Assembly: GCA_964512155.1 (NCBI GenBank) | Contig: CAZEHL010000005.1 | Span: 1-35,814, forward strand | DNA: 35,814 bases | Reading direction: 5' to 3' | Source of the DNA: an uncultured Gammaproteobacteria bacterium | GTDB taxonomy: Bacteria; Patescibacteriota; Patescibacteriia; Patescibacteriales; JAGXOH01 | Shown: positions 1 to 8,326 of the stretch, piece after piece | Layout of the letters: each line of letters opens with the position of its first letter | Position numbering within the stretch: the first letter of the stretch is position 1 | Translations under genes and position numbers: made by a program | The notes under the pieces: model-generated | The model's database searches: none | Told to the model about the DNA's origin: nothing | What the model saw: the letters and a program-made list of their open reading frames with translations, nothing else

Positions 1-11
1 AGAGAATAAAT

Positions 12-43
12 AAATGTTTTACACTGGCCAGTGTGAAACATTT
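12..43. repeat. 32-bp near-perfect palindrome (copy 1 of 2)
   Basis: aaatgttttacactgg|ccagtgtgaaacattt: 16-bp arms with one T.G mismatch, centre TGGCCA. The same palindrome recurs perfectly at 19060-19089. Confidence 0.8.
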
Positions 44-266
44 AGAGAGGCTTTATAACAATCATCCTTTAATTTTAGTAGAATAAGCGTTTGAAGTATT
101 CGAAATAAATTGATAAACTCGGAGTATAAGTTTATTTATTAGATAGAAAAATAATACGGCGAATTTCGGAGAAAAGACCTTGTTAGTTTAGCGGAAGGCA
201 AGAAAAAGTCGCGGTTTTGGGCGATCGTTGAGGGTTTTTAAATAAAATTTTTTTATATATCATCCT

Positions 267-716
267 ATGTTTTTTTGGCAGAAGATAACGATAACGATGC
301 TTTTTGTTCTCTTTTTATTGATATTGTCGGGATGCGGTTTACTCGAAAACAATACCGGCTCCGCTGAATTGAGGATCGGTGGCGGGGTTTTTCAAGTGGA
401 AGTGGCTGGCACGCCCGGGGAAAAGGTGACAGGATTATCAGGCCGGGACGGTTTGGCCGAGGATGCGGGAATGCTTTTTGTATATGAAGAAGCGGACCGG
501 TATTCTTTTTGGATGAAGGATATGAATTTTCCCTTGGATTTTATTTGGATAAACGAAGATCGGGTGGTGGACTTGGATAAAAATATTACCCCGGAAGATG
601 TGCAGCCGCCAAAGGCCATTTCTCCCAAAGTCAAAGCGGACAAGGTATTGGAGGTTAAGGCCGGAAGCATTGAAAAGTATAATATAGAAACGGGCGATAG
701 GGTGCAATTATTTTAA
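267..716 (+). CDS. DUF192-family lipoprotein
   Basis: 149-aa ORF. Hydrophobic N-terminus ends in a lipobox-like LSGC (LFLLILSGCG). The core FWMKDMNFPLDFIWIN resembles DUF192 proteins. Confidence 0.75.
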   Translation: MFFWQKITITMLFVLFLLILSGCGLLENNTGSAELRIGGGVFQVEVAGTPGEKVTGLSGRDGLAEDAGMLFVYEEADRYSFWMKDMNFPLDFIWINEDRVVDLDKNITPEDVQPPKAISPKVKADKVLEVKAGSIEKYNIETGDRVQLF

Positions 717-883
717 AGGTTGTAATATCCAAGTAAGGATGTTTTTTGTTTGCTTCCAAAATTGGTATGAAATTTCCAAACAGGATAGCAAAATTTTAAG
801 AATTCCCTTGCATTATTTTCTTTTTTATGGTATTTATATTCAGTTAGCCGTTCTTTAAAAGTAAAAAAAAGAAGGAGGTATAT

Positions 884-1738
884 ATGGATAAAAAGGAGCT
901 GGAAGCGGAGCGGAGAGCGCTCCTCGATTCTCTCCCCATTTTGGTTTGGTATATGAGGGATGAAGAAACCTACGGGGAGGCCAACAAGAATTTTCTTAAT
1001 TTTTGGGGCTTTTCGGAAGATGTGGCGGGGAGAAAGCTGGATGAAATCTTAACCCCGGAATTGGCAAAATATAGCCGTTTTTCCAACAGAAAGGCGATCC
1101 GGGATAAAAAGGTGGTAGAACATAAAGTTTGGGTGACAGATGGCTATAAGAGGAAGAGGTTCCTCCACGTCTTTAGAACCCCGAAAATGAACAAAAAAGG
1201 AGATGTGGAGTATGTGATATGTTCCGCCGTGGACAATACCGGCATTCAAAAAAAGAATGAGGAATTGTTTCGTCAGAACAAGTATGATCCTTTGACCGGA
1301 TTATACAATAGGCAATATTTTGAAATACAAAAGAAAAAATTGGCCGACACCGAAAGAGGATCGATAACGATCTTTTGTTTCGATGTCGACGGTCTTAAAG
1401 AAATTAACGACAACTGCGGCCATCTTCAAGGAGACGAATTATTGCGGGCGGCTGCGGAATTCCTTCGGGATTGTTTCCGAGAGGATGATCTTCTCTTCCG
1501 AGTGGGAGGAGATGAATTTTGCGTTTTATTGCTCGGCTGCAACCAAAAGAGGGGGAGAGAAATAGAAAGGAGGATCGAAAAAAGGTTGAGTGAATACAAA
1601 GGAGAGCTCCCTCTGAAGTTATCCTTTGGATGGTCGACTGACGAAAGGGGAAGTGAAGATGATATCTGTAAAATTTTTCAAAAGGCGGATGCTAATATGT
1701 ACTTTCAAAAAAAAATCAAGAAAAAACTAAGATGTTGA
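884..1738 (+). CDS. PAS-like sensor / GGDEF diguanylate cyclase
   Basis: 284-aa ORF with AAGGAGG RBS about 7 nt upstream. C-terminal half carries DPLTGLYNR and an intact RVGGDEFCVLL (GGDEF active-site motif). Confidence 0.85.
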   Translation: MDKKELEAERRALLDSLPILVWYMRDEETYGEANKNFLNFWGFSEDVAGRKLDEILTPELAKYSRFSNRKAIRDKKVVEHKVWVTDGYKRKRFLHVFRTPKMNKKGDVEYVICSAVDNTGIQKKNEELFRQNKYDPLTGLYNRQYFEIQKKKLADTERGSITIFCFDVDGLKEINDNCGHLQGDELLRAAAEFLRDCFREDDLLFRVGGDEFCVLLLGCNQKRGREIERRIEKRLSEYKGELPLKLSFGWSTDERGSEDDICKIFQKADANMYFQKKIKKKLRC

Positions 1739-1748
1739 AGAATGTATG

Positions 1749-1773
1749 GCGGATCCTTTAGGGGTCCGCTTTT
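1749..1773 (+). terminator. intrinsic terminator after the GGDEF gene
   Basis: gcggatcc-tttag-gggtccgc: 8-bp stem (one G.U) followed by tttt, about 10 nt after the stop codon. Confidence 0.6.
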
Positions 1774-1824
1774 AAATTGGGTTTTATTTTCCCAATTAGA
1801 TTTTAATTCCGCTATGTTTTTTTC

Positions 1825-1876
1825 GGGTTTTGTCGTGGCAAAGTCTCTCGCTGAGGACTCTGCCACAACAAAACCG
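1825..1876. other. long imperfect hairpin (about 20-bp stem, 10-nt loop) in an intergenic region
   Basis: gggttttgtcgtggcaaagtc / gactctgccacaacaaaacc. The two mismatches are A.C on the plus strand but become G.U pairs on the minus strand. Confidence 0.4.
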
Positions 1877-1928
1877 GAGGAATTGTTATAGCTTCAAAAT
1901 GAAATAAGAGCAAGTTATTATTTAGGGG

Positions 1929-1966
1929 TTGACAATACTTTTTTCTTGTATTAATGTGTTAATACA
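1929..1966 (+). promoter_or_regulatory. candidate promoter with overlapping palindromic operator upstream of the TrpR/YerC-like gene
   Basis: TTGACA (1929-1934), 17-nt spacer, TAATGT (1952-1957). The inverted repeat tgtattaa-tgtg-ttaataca (1947-1966) overlaps the -10. Confidence 0.45.
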
Positions 1967-1981
1967 GTAAAACAAATATCT

Positions 1982-2305
1982 ATGACAAAGTTTAAATTCA
2001 ACAAAAAAACCTCCGAGCTATTCGAAGCTATTTTGAGCTTGAAGACCGTGAAAGAGGCAGAGGCCTTTTTTCGGGATCTTTGTACTGCCGAGGAGATAAG
2101 GGATATGGCGGACAGATGGCGGATAGCCCGAATGATAGACGAGGGCAGATCTTATCGCAAAATAGCCCAAGATCTGAGCACCAGCACCACTACCGTGGCG
2201 CGGGTTGCTTCGTGGTTGAACAACGGCCGGGGCGGTTATCGGTTGGTTTTGGACAGACAAGCCTCTCATCATCACAATTCCTCCTCGACCGGGAAAGGAA
2301 TGTGA
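1982..2305 (+). CDS. YerC/YecD (TrpR-like) family DNA-binding protein
   Basis: 107 aa. FFRDLCTAEEIRDMADRWRIARMIDEGRSYRKIAQDLSTSTTTVARV is the typical YerC/TrpR-like helix-turn-helix core. Confidence 0.8.
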   Translation: MTKFKFNKKTSELFEAILSLKTVKEAEAFFRDLCTAEEIRDMADRWRIARMIDEGRSYRKIAQDLSTSTTTVARVASWLNNGRGGYRLVLDRQASHHHNSSSTGKGM

Positions 2306-2389
2306 TGAATTTTGTTTCGGTTTATCTTATTCCCTTCCCGGCCGGGAAGGTTTTTTATTAACCGAAACAAAAACAGAAAGGAGGACAAA

Positions 2390-3001
2390 ATGTTTCAGTC
2401 GAACCTTCAATCACCCGTTCTTTTTTGCCCTTTAAATCTCAACCATTTAAGCAAGGATCTGTTGGAAGAGTGCGCTTCCGTGTATTGCCGGATCTGGAAG
2501 GAGCCGCCCTGGAACGAGAATTTTTGGACCGTTCCCGGGGTTATGGAGGATCTGCGAAGGGAAATGGCCAAAGACGGAGCCGCCGGTTTTCTGTCCCTGT
2601 CTTGGAGTAAAAGGACCGAGGTAACCGGATTTTCCTGGGGGTATCGCGTTAATGCCGAACAATTGGCCGATCTGGCCTCTGATCCGGAAATAAAGAAGTT
2701 CTTTAACCCCGGCGAAATGGCTTTTTATATCGATGAGCTCGGAGTGAGCCCCGGTTACAGAGACAGAGGCATAGGTAAAAGTTTGACCGGGCTACTGGTG
2801 GGACAAGCCCTTTACCGGCGAGCCGGAAAGATATTTTTAAGGACGGACAAGAAAGCTAAGGCGGCCAGAAGCGTTTACAGCGACCTGGGTTTTCGGGAGC
2901 TGGATCTGATGGACGGATCTTACAAAGAAAGAAGTTACTGGCTTTTGGACGCTCGAAGAAATAAGCTGATGTCTATTGGCCACTCTTTGATCCTTGTTTA
3001 A
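2390..3001 (+). CDS. GNAT-family N-acetyltransferase
   Basis: ORF 2312-3001. I prefer the ATG at 2390 because GGAGG lies about 7 nt upstream. Motif A-like IDELGVSPGYRDRGIGKSL. Confidence 0.7.
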   Translation: MFQSNLQSPVLFCPLNLNHLSKDLLEECASVYCRIWKEPPWNENFWTVPGVMEDLRREMAKDGAAGFLSLSWSKRTEVTGFSWGYRVNAEQLADLASDPEIKKFFNPGEMAFYIDELGVSPGYRDRGIGKSLTGLLVGQALYRRAGKIFLRTDKKAKAARSVYSDLGFRELDLMDGSYKERSYWLLDARRNKLMSIGHSLILV

Positions 3002-3099
3002 AAACAGCTAAACGGGGGGGGGTGTGCATTTTAAATGTGCATTTCCCCGCTTTTTATCATCACAAAAATTTAAAATATTTAAATATTAATCAAAAAATT

Positions 3100-3915
3100 A
3101 TGATTCAAGGTGTTACTAAAAAAACGGGAGGGAAACCCGGAAAAAAGTTGGCCGTTTTCGCCGGCGTGCACGGAGATGAAAGGGCCGGAGTTTTTGCGTT
3201 GGAAAAATTGATAAAGAACATTAAGCCCGAGGCCGGGGAAGTTTATTTTGTCTATGCCAACCTCGAGGCCATAGAGCGGGATGTCCGGTATACGGAAAAG
3301 AACTTGAATCGATGTTTCCTAAAGAAAGCGGGAACTGAAAGTTATGAGGAGAAGAGGGCCAAAGAGCTGATGCCGATACTGGATAAGTGCGACGCTCTCT
3401 TGGATCTGCACGCCAGCAACAACAAGGAGGCCACTCCTTTCATTATTTGCGGGGAGGATTGCCGGGATATCGTCGGGATCTTTGATTTTGATATTGTCTC
3501 TTTCGGCTGGGACGATATTGAGCCGGGAGCGACCGACGGCTATATGTACAATCAAGGCAAGCCGGGTATATGCCTGGAGTGCGGTTCTCTCTATCAGTCG
3601 GAAAAGAACGCCGATCTGGCCTATCTCTCGGCTTTGCGGTTTTTGGAGTATTTCGGGGCCGTAAAAAATGAAGCGGGGGAATACAACAAGAGACCCCAGA
3701 GATCGGTTCAGGTGGTCCGGGCTGTTAAAAAGAAGACCGAGGACTTCGGTTTTGTTAAGGATTTTGCCGATTTTGAAAAATTAACCTCGGGAGAAGTTTT
3801 TGCTTGGGACGGCAAAGAGAAATACGTGGCCGGAGAAGATGAATGTATAATCTTTCCCGACAGCAATCAAAAGATCGGGGACGAGGTGTTTGTTTTAGGT
3901 AGATTCATCCGGTAA
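3100..3915 (+). CDS. succinylglutamate desuccinylase/aspartoacylase (AstE/AspA, M14-like) family zinc hydrolase
   Basis: VFAGVHGDERAG, LDLHAS and ICLECG motifs. Start placed at the internal ATG 3100; the 5' extension to 3022 overlaps a terminator-like GGGG...CCCC hairpin. Confidence 0.7.
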   Translation: MIQGVTKKTGGKPGKKLAVFAGVHGDERAGVFALEKLIKNIKPEAGEVYFVYANLEAIERDVRYTEKNLNRCFLKKAGTESYEEKRAKELMPILDKCDALLDLHASNNKEATPFIICGEDCRDIVGIFDFDIVSFGWDDIEPGATDGYMYNQGKPGICLECGSLYQSEKNADLAYLSALRFLEYFGAVKNEAGEYNKRPQRSVQVVRAVKKKTEDFGFVKDFADFEKLTSGEVFAWDGKEKYVAGEDECIIFPDSNQKIGDEVFVLGRFIR

Positions 3916-4176
3916 GATCTCAAAGTCACCCCCAACCCCGATAGATAAAAAGTTGGCAAATAAACAATATTCCTTTGTAATGTATATATAAGTACAGGAA
4001 AAAGGGACGATACTTCAGATAGATTTAAAAAATTGGCCGAAATGGGCGAAGTGTTTTTTATGCGGGGCTATGGTTATGATAAAAAAATTGTGGAGGAGTA
4101 TTTCGATCAAAATATCGCGGACTTTTTAAAAAACCGGACGATTTTATAGACAAGAACATAATTCAAAGAACGATTG

Positions 4177-4202
4177 TAGGACATTTCTATTTTCCCTTTA
4201 CA
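4177..4202 (+). repeat. conserved intergenic box, copy A (core only)
   Basis: taggacatttctattttccctttaca matches the cores at 9620-9644 and 15670-15694. It lies 15 nt upstream of a -35-like TTGATT. Confidence 0.7.
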
Positions 4203-4217
4203 GACCAACACAAGATG

Positions 4218-4246
4218 TTGATTTTATTCTTAATATTAGTTAAATT
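4218..4246 (+). promoter_or_regulatory. candidate promoter of the small ORF
   Basis: TTGATT, 17-nt spacer, TAAATT, about 60 nt upstream of ATG 4306. Confidence 0.4.
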
Positions 4247-4305
4247 TTATATATAGAAAAAAAATCGCACTTTTCAAATAAATCCATAACCCAAGGAGGT
4301 GTTTT

Positions 4306-4476
4306 ATGGCGAAGAATCAACCCAGTAGGAATACCACCAAGCATGGCACTGATCGGTGCAGATCGGGTGGCGGCCCTTCCCACCATTCCCGTTCCGGCGG
4401 TTCTTCCGGAGGTTCGACCAAGAGCGGACGCACCGGCAACACCAAGGGCGGAGGATCCAAGAGGAGTAAACCCTAA
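4306..4476 (+). CDS. 56-aa basic Gly/Ser-rich small protein (below the ORF-track cutoff)
   Basis: AAGGAGG lies 7 nt upstream of the ATG. Translation: MAKNQPSRNTTKHGTDRCRSGGGPSHHSRSGGSSGGSTKSGRTGNTKGGGSKRSKP. A GC-rich hairpin follows 17 nt after the stop. Confidence 0.6.
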   Translation: MAKNQPSRNTTKHGTDRCRSGGGPSHHSRSGGSSGGSTKSGRTGNTKGGGSKRSKP

Positions 4477-4493
4477 TTAAACATCACCCCTTT

Positions 4494-4515
4494 GAGGGAG
4501 CTATTCGGCTCCCTC
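4494..4515. terminator. hairpin between convergent genes (small ORF and M16 peptidase)
   Basis: gagggagc-tattcg-gctccctc: perfect 8-bp stem, followed by a T-rich tract on the plus strand. Confidence 0.55.
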
Positions 4516-4518
4516 TTC

Positions 4519-5718
4519 TCATTTCATTTTAAAAATATAACAATTATTTTGGCTGAATATTTGTTTTTTTAATTTTTTTATCGTTTCATATTCTATTTCT
4601 TCTATTTTTTTCGCCTCTTCTTCCGGAGTAAATATTTTTTTCCGGCCGGCCAATTTATACAAGGCCAGAGAAGACAGGTCTTCAAGATTATCTTGTCTCA
4701 GTTTAAATTCTCGGGCTGTCAATTCTTTTATTTTTTCAAAAAAATCTCCGGAAATTTCTATCTCTTTTAATTGTCGCAACAGTTTTTGATCGGCTTTTTC
4801 GTTTTTTTCTCGGTCGAAAGAAGTAATAATTCTGAATTCGCCGGTGTGTAAAAAGTGGCGGTAAACAATATCTACATCATAGAATTCGCCGTTTTCTTGC
4901 CTTTGAGTTGATATTTTTTTCTCCATTAAATTTGCCAAGAGCAGGTATTGGAAATATTTTTCATCCCGCATTCCTTTTCCGGCCGGAAAAACTAATCCCA
5001 GATAGGTTTGGCTGAATTTATTTTTTTTAATCTCAAAAAAACCGGAGGAATCGTTGCATTTGAATTTTGGTAGATGGAATTCTTTTTTGTCTGCCCGGAA
5101 CTCAAAATTCGATAGCCTGCTTTCTGTTTTTTTGAGTATATATCCCGGGTCAAAGTTTCCGCTGACCGCTAATATCATATTGGCCGGATTATAAAAACGG
5201 AAATACCATTTTTTTATTTCTTCAAGTGTCAGGGAGTTTACAGTTTCTTTTGTTCCCAATATCGGAAGATTTAATGAGTCGTGATAAAATATTTTGTCTA
5301 TTTCTTCTTCCAAAATTTCAAAAGGGTTTTCTTCTTTTTCGTTTATTTCTTCCGAGATGATGTTTTTTTCATTTTCCAATTCTTGAGGTTTGAATTTTAT
5401 TTGTAGAATGTTGTCGAGTAAGACTTTTAGCATTTCTTTTGCATAATCCTTGTGATGGGAAATGGAAAAATAGACAAAATCCTTTCCGGACATTCCTTTG
5501 ATTTCCAAGTTGAATGGAAAGTGTTTTTTTAAATAAGGCTTCCCTTTTTGAGCTATTAGCAAATGTTCCAACAAGTGAGATATGCCGTTGTTTTGAGGCG
5601 ATTCATAAGCGGATCCGGTTTTGATGTATAAACTGATATCCACGGAATTTAAATTCGAGTTATGAATCAGCAATAGGGGCATATCGGAAGTGGTTTGTTT
5701 TTGTTTGATTTTGATCAT
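4519..5718 (-). CDS. M16 (pitrilysin/insulinase) family zinc peptidase
   Basis: 399 aa. Inverted zinc motif HxxEH present (GISHLLEHLL). Length and layout fit a two-domain M16 peptidase. Confidence 0.8.
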   Translation of the reverse strand: MIKIKQKQTTSDMPLLLIHNSNLNSVDISLYIKTGSAYESPQNNGISHLLEHLLIAQKGKPYLKKHFPFNLEIKGMSGKDFVYFSISHHKDYAKEMLKVLLDNILQIKFKPQELENEKNIISEEINEKEENPFEILEEEIDKIFYHDSLNLPILGTKETVNSLTLEEIKKWYFRFYNPANMILAVSGNFDPGYILKKTESRLSNFEFRADKKEFHLPKFKCNDSSGFFEIKKNKFSQTYLGLVFPAGKGMRDEKYFQYLLLANLMEKKISTQRQENGEFYDVDIVYRHFLHTGEFRIITSFDREKNEKADQKLLRQLKEIEISGDFFEKIKELTAREFKLRQDNLEDLSSLALYKLAGRKKIFTPEEEAKKIEEIEYETIKKLKKQIFSQNNCYIFKMK

Positions 5719-5948
5719 AAATGATGTTTTATCGAATATTCGAGCTCCTTAATTTTTTACTTCATTAAAATAATACTATCAAGAGTTACTCGTGTAAAGA
5801 ACTGAACAGGTTGGCTGTCCCGCTCGAAATGCGCTTGAATTTGTTCATTTAATCAAGGAATGAATACATCAATGATGATTTTTATTCATAAAAAGTAGTG
5901 GTCATTTTTAGCTAGGGTTGTAAACTCCGTTCTTAGCTAATTATACCG

Positions 5949-5990
5949 CTACTTTTTTTAGTTTTCCACCACACTAAATATTATAGAGCC
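5949..5990 (-). repeat. conserved intergenic element, copy D (distal part only, inverted)
   Basis: Reverse complement ggctctataatatttagtgtggtggaaaactaaaaaaagtag matches 9580-9621 and 15630-15671. It lies upstream of, and co-oriented with, the M16 gene. Confidence 0.7.
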
Positions 5991-5999
5991 TATATTTAT

Positions 6000-6029
6000 T
6001 TGACCATATCTTTAATTTCTTGGTATAAT
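6000..6029 (+). promoter_or_regulatory. strong sigma70-like promoter (extended -10)
   Basis: TTGACC, 18-nt spacer, TGgTATAAT. It sits about 310 nt upstream of the AsnRS-like gene. Confidence 0.55.
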
Positions 6030-6341
6030 TTAACGAAATAGGTTCGATTATCGTTGTTTCTACTGTGCTTAAATGAGTGTCCCTAAGGGCAAATATCAGG
6101 TTTTTAACCCCGGCGTTTACGTTTACGAGCGGGGAGGCGATTTTTATTCCATATTAAAATTTGACAAGATTACTTTTAGGCTCGCATTCTCTGTCATTAT
6201 TGTTTTTTAAAGATAGATACTTTCATTTGTGTTAGAATAACAGTTAATTTTATCTTTTATTTTAGTATAAACATTTTTCGTTTAAACCTTATTACATAAT
6301 TTTTCTTTTAAGTTAAACGGGTTTTCGAAGCTAGAATTTTT

Positions 6342-7460
6342 ATGTTGCCGAATAATATAAAAAAGGAATTAATAAAAGATGATTTAATTTTTACATCAGA
6401 GAAAAAAAGGTTTTCCACCCCCGAATATTCTCCAGTAGAACATTATAAACATCTTAGTTCCAGTCCATATTATCATGCTTTAGTTGTGTTCAGACATTAT
6501 ATTAAAGTTCTTTCTGATTATTATTTTGGAATAAAACAAAACGCAAAGAACGTTGATCTATTCATGTTCACTCCTTGCATTTCGTCACCCATGGGTCCAG
6601 GCTCAGACTCAGAGCCGATTTCCTTTAGATTTGGAGAATTTGATATTTGTTTAACTGATTCTTCTCAACTTGGTTTTGAGCCATTGTTATTAAATGGATT
6701 GGAGAAAGTGTATTGTTATTTGCCTTCAATGCGAGGAGAAGACAGTGATGAGCGCCATTTAAACCAGTTTTATCATTGCGAAATGGAAATGAAGGGCGAA
6801 TTCGAAGATTTGTTGCCAATAGTTGAGGGATATGTCAAGGCAATGACTAAAACTATTCTATCAATGGAAAATATCGTTAGCAAAATAAGTGACACTCCTG
6901 ATAAAACTTTTGAATATTTGAATAATATAATAAATACAAAAAAATTTCCTACGATTACTTTTGACGAAGCCATTGATATACTCCTCAAGAATGACAAAAA
7001 GAATTTGGTTAATTTCACTAAATATGGTAATGATATTAGTTCTGAAGGTGAAATTGAGCTCATGAATATCTTGAAAATTAAAACTCCTATGTGGATTTCT
7101 GGTTTTGATAGAGATAGGGTCCCGTTTTATCAAAAACCCGACCCTAAAAATCCAGAAAAAACTATTAATGCTGATTTACTTTTCCCGCCCATAACTAAAA
7201 ATTCATTTGGTGGGGAGATAGTGGGAGCCGGCCAACGTCAGGATGATGAAGAAGAGATGTATGAATCTTTTAGGAGGCAGAATAATCTCTCCTCAGAATC
7301 ATATGAATGGTATATTGATTTAAGAAGGCACCCAAATTATAAAATTACCTCCGGTTTTGGCTTGGGGGTAGAAAGATTCATTGCTTGGAGTCTAGGGAAG
7401 GTCAACATTCGAGATGTTGTTTTATACCCAAGAATAAAAGATGTTAATGTCTTACCGTAA
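6342..7460 (+). CDS. stand-alone class II aaRS catalytic core, AsnRS/AspRS-like (AsnA/AS-AR-like paralog), no anticodon-binding domain
   Basis: 372 aa. Motif-2-like SMRGEDSDERHLNQFYHCEMEM, GGEIVGAGQRQDD, and motif 3 GFGLGVERFIAWSLGKVNIRDVVLYPR. No N-terminal OB-fold segment. Confidence 0.8.
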   Translation: MLPNNIKKELIKDDLIFTSEKKRFSTPEYSPVEHYKHLSSSPYYHALVVFRHYIKVLSDYYFGIKQNAKNVDLFMFTPCISSPMGPGSDSEPISFRFGEFDICLTDSSQLGFEPLLLNGLEKVYCYLPSMRGEDSDERHLNQFYHCEMEMKGEFEDLLPIVEGYVKAMTKTILSMENIVSKISDTPDKTFEYLNNIINTKKFPTITFDEAIDILLKNDKKNLVNFTKYGNDISSEGEIELMNILKIKTPMWISGFDRDRVPFYQKPDPKNPEKTINADLLFPPITKNSFGGEIVGAGQRQDDEEEMYESFRRQNNLSSESYEWYIDLRRHPNYKITSGFGLGVERFIAWSLGKVNIRDVVLYPRIKDVNVLP

Positions 7461-7477
7461 AAATAAATGTAAAAAAT

Positions 7478-8317
7478 ATGAACAAACAAGAATTTGATAA
7501 TTTTTTTGAATCTTATGCTAAAAATGTTGATAATGCTAATAGGCAGGGTTTTTGGAAGTTGTCTGATGCTTTAATTATGCAAATAATTAAAGATAATATT
7601 TCTATGGATATAGGCAGTCGGCAAGTAATTCTAGATGCAGGTGGGGGAACGGGAAGATGGGTGTGCGATTTGAGTAAAATGTATAAAGCGAAATTTATAA
7701 TCTATGATTTATCAATAGATATGATCAGAAAAGCGAAGGAAAATATTAAAAAAGCTCAAATAGAAAATAGGGTTGATGTTATTCAGGGAAACTTAAAGAA
7801 CATGAAAGAGTTAGAGTCTGAGTCGGTTGATTTTATTATTAGTGTTTATAGCCCTATAAGTTTTGTTGACGAAAAAGAGAAGGTTTTCGAGGAACTTTGT
7901 AGGGTACTTAAGAAGGGTGGTAAGATTATGATAATGGGACATGGTTTCTTTAATGCTATTTTTTCAAAAATAAATAATTATTATGCAGAAGAAGGGGAGC
8001 TGTCTACTTTAGAGAGGGAAGAAGTGGTAAAATGGGATAATAATGTTCCAAGGTTAAATATTTTTTCCAAAGAAACGATGGAAAATCATTTATTGAAGGC
8101 AGGGTTTTATATTGAGAAAACTTATGGCGTGCCAGCTTTTGTCCAACCTCAACAGGAAGATTTTGATCCTGAAAATATTAAAAAGAGTCGCATTTCTCAA
8201 GCTTTAGAAGACGGAAATTTTTTTAAAAAAGTGTTTGAACTGGAAATGAAATATAATTGTAAACCAACTGTTGCAAACAGGGGGGTAAATATATTCAGTG
8301 TAGCTACTAAAAAATAA
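7478..8317 (+). CDS. class I SAM-dependent methyltransferase
   Basis: 279 aa. Motif I ILDAGGGTGRW and post-I IIYDLS. 17-nt gap from the upstream gene. Confidence 0.8.
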   Translation: MNKQEFDNFFESYAKNVDNANRQGFWKLSDALIMQIIKDNISMDIGSRQVILDAGGGTGRWVCDLSKMYKAKFIIYDLSIDMIRKAKENIKKAQIENRVDVIQGNLKNMKELESESVDFIISVYSPISFVDEKEKVFEELCRVLKKGGKIMIMGHGFFNAIFSKINNYYAEEGELSTLEREEVVKWDNNVPRLNIFSKETMENHLLKAGFYIEKTYGVPAFVQPQQEDFDPENIKKSRISQALEDGNFFKKVFELEMKYNCKPTVANRGVNIFSVATKK

Positions 8318-8326
8318 AATAAGTAT

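Noticed and set aside
3964-4149. Coding-looking 61-codon open frame (...RFKKLAEMGEVFFMRGYGYDKKIVEEYFDQNIADFLKNRTIL*)
   Set aside because: The only in-frame ATG gives 35 aa, and there is no RBS. Probably a decayed gene 3' end. Not reported as a gene.
6040-6052. tRNA-like T-loop sequence GGTTCGATT
   Set aside because: The flanking sequence cannot be folded into acceptor, D and anticodon arms. It is an isolated match only.
6073-6210. 45-aa ORF with faint GIY-YIG-like GVYVY...FYSI pattern
   Set aside because: No RBS, too short for the domain, and the motif match is weak. Kept only as a note within the leader finding.
6030-6341. T-box riboswitch upstream of the AsnRS-like gene (also considered for the cysS, metG and proS leaders)
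   Set aside because: I found no conserved T-box sequence or specifier-loop/antiterminator arrangement. The cysS, metG and proS leaders are too short. An Infernal scan would be decisive.
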